Shown: positions 36,281-39,938 of the stretch, piece after piece
Layout: every line of letters begins with the position of its first letter
Numbering within the stretch: position 1 is the first letter of the stretch
DNA from: a virus
Taxonomy: Duplodnaviria > Caudoviricetes
Strand: one strand, 5' to 3'
Length of the DNA stretch: 39,938 bases
Virus record (IMG/VR): IMGVR_UViG_3300016466_000630
Span: 1-39,938 of that record
Notes under the pieces: model-generated
Told to the model about the DNA's origin: nothing
Databases searched by the model: none
Seen by the model: only the letters and a program-made list of their open reading frames with translations
Made by a program: the position numbers and the translations under genes

Positions 36281-36326
36281 ACAATAGCACAACATCTAGC
36301 AGTTGGCAAGGGGGGTATGTTATAAT
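36281..36326. promoter_or_regulatory. Divergent promoters: leftward for the tRNA-like RNA, rightward for the 36352 operon
   Basis: Minus: TTGCCA (36309-36304)-17 bp-TATTGT (36286-36281); plus: TGTTATAAT (36318-36326). Confidence 0.6.
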
Positions 36327-36351
36327 TAAGAAAGAAAAGGAGGAGCTAACT

Positions 36352-36516
36352 GTGGATTTATTAAAACGGCTTTGTATTTTTCACCTGAGTATCGTTGCTT
36401 TTTATTTTGAAATCTTGGTGCAGGTACTGTTTTACAAGCAAACGGTGGTTCATTTAGAAGCCGATACAGAACACGCCTATGCTAGTTTGATTGATACGAT
36501 GGAGGATTTACTGTAG
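36352..36516 (+). CDS. Small hypothetical (hydrophobic) protein, 54 aa
   Basis: GTG after RBS AAGGAGGAG; same frame as track ORF 36199..36516. Confidence 0.55.
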   Translation: MDLLKRLCIFHLSIVAFYFEILVQVLFYKQTVVHLEADTEHAYASLIDTMEDLL

Positions 36517-36815
36517 TGAAAATAACCTTGGAGCAATTTAAAGAGTACATCAATTACAAGCAAACTGCTAATAATGACGTTTACGAAGCTTTATTGAAGC
36601 TAGGCGTAGATATTCTCACCTTGCTTGAGAATCAACCTAAACACCCACTAGAAGCCGTTGTGTTTAGCCAGGAGCAACGAGACTGGATAGACTGGTGGTT
36701 ATATGAGGCACCTAGTGATAATCAACTCGTAATCCACCCAGACGGCAGTAGCTACAACCTTGCTAGTGTGGAAGATTTATACAATTACCTTGTCGAGCAT
36801 ACGGAGCAATTATGA
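36516..36815 (+). CDS. Hypothetical protein
   Basis: RBS GGAGG; DWIDWWLYE...SVEDLYNYL pattern; coupled on both sides. Confidence 0.75.
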   Translation: MKITLEQFKEYINYKQTANNDVYEALLKLGVDILTLLENQPKHPLEAVVFSQEQRDWIDWWLYEAPSDNQLVIHPDGSSYNLASVEDLYNYLVEHTEQL

Positions 36816-37837
36816 GTGAATTAAAAGCACCGTTCCCTTACTTCGGGGGAAAGTCTAAGATAGCTTCTCGTGTGTGGGAATTGTTCCATGACGTGAAGCA
36901 TTACAACGAGCCGTTCTTTGGTAGCGGTGCGGTGTTGTTGCAGTGTCCGACTCCGTTAGAGTTGGTGTTTAGTGTGAATGATGCGGATTGTCATGTCGCC
37001 AACTTTTGGCGGGCAATCAAAGCAGACCCCGACACGGTGGCTAAATACGCTGATAACCCAGTGAATGAGATTGACCTACACGCACGGCATGTATGCTTGG
37101 TGAACGCCAAAGAAACCTTAGAACACGCATTGATTGCCGACCCTGAATACTACGATGCTCGATACGCTGGCTACTGGGCGTGGGGTGCGTGCGTTTGGAT
37201 AGGGAGCGGTTGGTGTAGTGGCAAAGGTTGCTGGAATGTTGTTGATGGGAAGTTCGTGAAGATAGGTACGAGCGTGCAAGCTGTTAGACGCAAACTCCCT
37301 CACCTAGGCAACAAAGGAACGGGTGTTAATAGGAAACTACCTCACCTAGGGGATAAAGGAACGGGTGTGAACAAACAACTCCCTCACCTAGGGAATAGAG
37401 GAACGGGTGTCACAGAGGCACGCACCGAGTTTATCACGCAATGGTTGCGAGAGTTACAAGACCGCATGAGACACGTTCGAGTAGCGTGCGGTGACTGGAA
37501 ACGCCTTGTGGCAAGCTCAAGTGTGACGACTAAGCACGGTGTGACTGGTGTCTTCCTAGACCCGCCTTACACGGAAGGGGCGTATCAATACGGAACAGGG
37601 GATGTAAGCCTAGGTGTGGCTGAGCAAGTTAATGCGTGGTGTGTTAAGAATGGGACCAACCCTGACTTACGGATTATTCTTTGTGGGGTAGAAGAGGAAC
37701 ACGACAACTTGCTTGCTTTAGGCTGGCGAAAAGAAACGTGGAAAGCCAACAAGGGCTATAGCTTGACGGCAGAAGCTCAAGCAAAACGTAAACAAGAAGC
37801 GATTTGGATTAGCCCATTTTGCAAGGAGGTATTATGA
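36812..37837 (+). CDS. Dam-like (D12 class) DNA adenine methyltransferase, orphan
   Basis: PFPYFGGKS, EPFFGSGAV, VND, FLDPPY. Confidence 0.9.
   Translation: MSELKAPFPYFGGKSKIASRVWELFHDVKHYNEPFFGSGAVLLQCPTPLELVFSVNDADCHVANFWRAIKADPDTVAKYADNPVNEIDLHARHVCLVNAKETLEHALIADPEYYDARYAGYWAWGACVWIGSGWCSGKGCWNVVDGKFVKIGTSVQAVRRKLPHLGNKGTGVNRKLPHLGDKGTGVNKQLPHLGNRGTGVTEARTEFITQWLRELQDRMRHVRVACGDWKRLVASSSVTTKHGVTGVFLDPPYTEGAYQYGTGDVSLGVAEQVNAWCVKNGTNPDLRIILCGVEEEHDNLLALGWRKETWKANKGYSLTAEAQAKRKQEAIWISPFCKEVL
37286..37410 (+). repeat. Three in-frame 42-bp tandem repeats inside the MTase
   Basis: RKLPHLGNKGTGVN / RKLPHLGDKGTGVN / KQLPHLGNRGTGVT. Confidence 0.9.
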
Positions 37838-38310
37838 ACGCACTTAAACGCATCTGCATCCACTGGACGGCTGGAGGGGCTAGGGCTAACGCCGTGGAGC
37901 GTCAACACTATCACTTCATCGTAGAGGCCACTGGCAACATCGTAGAGGGCGTTCACAAGCCCGAGGCTAACATTGCCCCCCTAGCTCGTAAAGCCTACGC
38001 ACAACACTGTGGAGGGGGCAATAGCAACACCATAGGGGTAGCCGTCGCTGGCCGTGGTGAAACCATTACCGCCGTATCCATGGAGGCCACGTTCAAGCTC
38101 GTAGCCGAACTCTGTAAGCGGTATAACATTGATATTACCCCCGAAACGGTGTACACTCATTATGAGTTTGGCGTACGAAACCCCCGTACCTCCTCCTTTG
38201 GCAAGCCTGATATTTCACGGCTTGTCTATAGCCCCGCGGTGGATAAATTGAAGCCTCATGAAGTGGGCGAGTTCATCCGTGGTAAGATACGTTGGTATGC
38301 ACAACAATAG
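37834..38310 (+). CDS. Endolysin, N-acetylmuramoyl-L-alanine amidase (Amidase_2)
   Basis: ICIHWTAG, YHFIV, AQHCGGGNSNTIGV, VYTHYE; ATG 37834 after AAGGAGG. Confidence 0.88.
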   Translation: MNALKRICIHWTAGGARANAVERQHYHFIVEATGNIVEGVHKPEANIAPLARKAYAQHCGGGNSNTIGVAVAGRGETITAVSMEATFKLVAELCKRYNIDITPETVYTHYEFGVRNPRTSSFGKPDISRLVYSPAVDKLKPHEVGEFIRGKIRWYAQQ

Positions 38311-38337
38311 CTTTCCTTTCTCCTATTTTCCAAAAGC

Positions 38338-38374
38338 AAAAACCCCCCTGCTTTTTAGCAGAGGGGCTTTTTTT
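38338..38374. terminator. Bidirectional terminator
   Basis: AAAAA-CCCCCCTGCT/AGCAGAGGGG-CTTTTTT between convergent genes. Confidence 0.75.
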
Positions 38375-38392
38375 AGTTACCCGCTTACATTC

Positions 38393-38692
38393 TTAACCTT
38401 CACCATCGCCATAACCATAGCCAGAGCCATCGCCATAGCCATCGCCATAGCCATAACCATAGCCATCGCCATAGCCATAACCATAGCCATCGCCATAGCC
38501 AGAGCCATAGCCATCGCCATCGCCATCGCCAGAGCCATAGCCATCGCCAGAGCCATAGCCTGAACCATAGCCATAGCCTGAACCATCGCCTGAACCATAG
38601 CCAGAGCCAGAGCCATAGCCGTTTGTTACAACACTTGGCATAGGTTGGCCTAACGATTGCCAAATATCCAAAATACTAAAGTGTGGTGGCAT
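38393..38692 (-). CDS. Glycine-rich (G-X)n repeat protein
   Basis: C-terminal ~75 aa alternate Gly with Tyr/Ser/Asp; 6-bp periodic DNA. Confidence 0.7.
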   Translation of the reverse strand: MPPHFSILDIWQSLGQPMPSVVTNGYGSGSGYGSGDGSGYGYGSGYGSGDGYGSGDGDGDGYGSGYGDGYGYGYGDGYGYGYGDGYGDGSGYGYGDGEG

Positions 38693-39083
38693 TTGGAGCG
38701 ACTCCTAAAATCTGTTCTGATGCTGACTCACTCACTAATGTGATTGAAAAGTTCTCAGCGATAATTAGTTTCTTCTCAACTTTCCCACTGATTTTACTGT
38801 TTTCAGGGCAGAGGCCGCTTTTAGCGACCCCTTCATACCAAGAAAGTTTTTTGTCGTTGCTGACAATTCTAAAAATGCGTTGAGCATCTTCCAAAATGAC
38901 TCCGTCCTTACAAACGGTGTGCAATTTCCCAAAGTTGATGCCTTCGTTGCGGTCGCGAACTATGACATATTTTCCTACCATAGACTGATAAAAAGCCATA
39001 GTAGGGTCTGCATCTTGGGTGCTGATTGAATCATCAGTGGATAATAATTTAATAATCGTTTCTTCAACTAACTTTTTTAACAC
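38676..39083 (-). CDS. Conserved phage protein (DUF6948-like)
   Basis: VGKYVIVR...G..FG.L......LEDAQRI...VAKSG pattern; adjacent to the Gly-repeat gene. Confidence 0.7.
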   Translation of the reverse strand: MLKKLVEETIIKLLSTDDSISTQDADPTMAFYQSMVGKYVIVRDRNEGINFGKLHTVCKDGVILEDAQRIFRIVSNDKKLSWYEGVAKSGLCPENSKISGKVEKKLIIAENFSITLVSESASEQILGVAPNATTL

Positions 39084-39086
39084 AAT

Positions 39087-39581
39087 CTAATCTCCTACAT
39101 TCTTCACATAATTAACGGTTTCGGATGGGGGAGTTGCCTCCCCACGTTGCCACTTGCGTACGTTGCCAATGCCCCAGTTATACGCCATTAAAGCAGTGTT
39201 TGTATCGCCTGTTTGCCTCAAACACCAACGTAAATAACGGGCGGATAGTTGCAAGTTATACCTCCAATCTGTCTTTGCTCTTTCCGTGTCGCCACCTAAA
39301 TGTGTCACCGCTTCATCCATTAACTGCCCTAAGCCATAAGCTCCTACCTTGCTAGTTACTCTAGGGTTGTATCCGCTCTCTTGACGCACTAGGCGATGAA
39401 ACAACCTAGGGTCAATTCCGTGACGCAACGCAACGTTTGTTACTTCTTGCTTGATAACGTGTCGGGCTTGCGTGCTTCTTCGTGCAGTTTTAACGACACT
39501 GGTTTTAACGGTTCTACCACCGTACCCACCAGTGTGTCGGGTAACATGCCTTGAAAGGTAGGGTGGTATTGCTTTCCCTGC
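39087..39581 (-). CDS. Soluble lytic transglycosylase (SLT) domain, probably reached by -1 frameshift from 39440..39823
   Basis: HGIDP..F..LVRQES, SKVGAYGLGQLM, ALMAYNWG, ETVNYV; frame open upstream to ~39620 with no start codon before TTG 39428. Confidence 0.85.
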   Translation of the reverse strand, partial: AGKAIPPYLSRHVTRHTGGYGGRTVKTSVVKTARRSTQARHVIKQEVTNVALRHGIDPRLFHRLVRQESGYNPRVTSKVGAYGLGQLMDEAVTHLGGDTERAKTDWRYNLQLSARYLRWCLRQTGDTNTALMAYNWGIGNVRKWQRGEATPPSETVNYVKNVGD

Positions 39582-39823
39582 TTTTTTACATCCTCTACTG
39601 TCGCTAAAATAACACGAGCATTAGGGACGTTTTTAGCGTGTTCTAGCTCTTGCTTTAATAAAGCAAGACGTGCGATATCTTTATCTATAGCCTTGCTTGT
39701 TGCCTCAAGGGTTGCTAACGCCTTAGGCACATCGGGGTCTTGCGGTTGCCTCGAGCAACCGCTTAACGAGGCCATCACCAAGGTTAAAACAAGTATCAAA
39801 ATAGCAATTAACGTGTAATTCAT
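39440..39823 (-). CDS. Lipoprotein with coiled coil
   Basis: Hydrophobic signal ending in lipobox LSG-C. Confidence 0.75.
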   Translation of the reverse strand: MNYTLIAILILVLTLVMASLSGCSRQPQDPDVPKALATLEATSKAIDKDIARLALLKQELEHAKNVPNARVILATVEDVKKQGKQYHPTFQGMLPDTLVGTVVEPLKPVSLKLHEEARKPDTLSSKK

Positions 39824-39826
39824 CCC

Positions 39827-39938
39827 TTATCCCTTCCAAGCATTAACGTGCGTAAACCTGTAATACTCTGCTGGGTTAATCGGCTTGAATGCAACCCAAG
39901 AATCGTGAAATGGCTTTTCAGCCAATGGGGATTCCCAT
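39827..39938 (-). CDS. 3' part of the hypothetical gene starting at 401
   Basis: 1 nt + 37 codons ending TAA at 39829-39827; in frame with 1..401. Confidence 0.7.
   Translation of the reverse strand, partial: WESPLAEKPFHDSWVAFKPINPAEYYRFTHVNAWKG

Noticed and set aside
36199-36351. Long start of ORF 36199..36516
   Set aside because: Overlaps divergent promoters; a strong RBS precedes GTG 36352
38258-38663. Alternative-frame ORFs (AIAIA, MAMAM, WLWLW)
   Set aside because: By-products of the 6-bp periodic repeat
38393-38692. Gly-X repeat as a diversity-generating retroelement target
   Set aside because: TAT/GAT/TCT could derive from AAT, but there is no reverse transcriptase or AAY-rich template repeat in the window

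Overview
The window looks like a complete, circularly permuted ~39.9 kb tailed phage genome of podovirus-type architecture. A minus-strand ORF running off position 1 continues in frame at position 39938. Minus-strand early/replication arm (about 38.4 kb through the join to 11.9 kb): small hypothetical and membrane genes, RHH and XRE-HTH regulators, ERF recombinase, SSB, a helicase-primase fusion beside an iteron origin (5.76-6.22 kb), RusA-like resolvase, and a lipoprotein/lytic transglycosylase pair. Structural genes diverge from about 29.9 kb: scaffold, capsid, tail and ejection proteins on the minus strand; terminase, portal, tail fibre and lysis genes on the plus strand. There are two orphan DNA methyltransferases. 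I recognised no integrase, DNA polymerase or RNA polymerase. Most unusual signals: (i) three giant ejection proteins whose only four cysteines sit at the gene junctions, suggesting a head-to-tail disulfide chain; (ii) a three-copy two-hairpin RNA motif with covariation in the first early transcript, plus an upstream complementary segment; (iii) a C4/CI-like antisense RNA architecture in the replication-gene leader; (iv) tandem -1 slippery sites that would fuse a lipoprotein to a lytic transglycosylase; (v) a separately transcribed tRNA-like RNA with a doubled anticodon arm. All functional calls come from motif recognition by eye; no searches were run.
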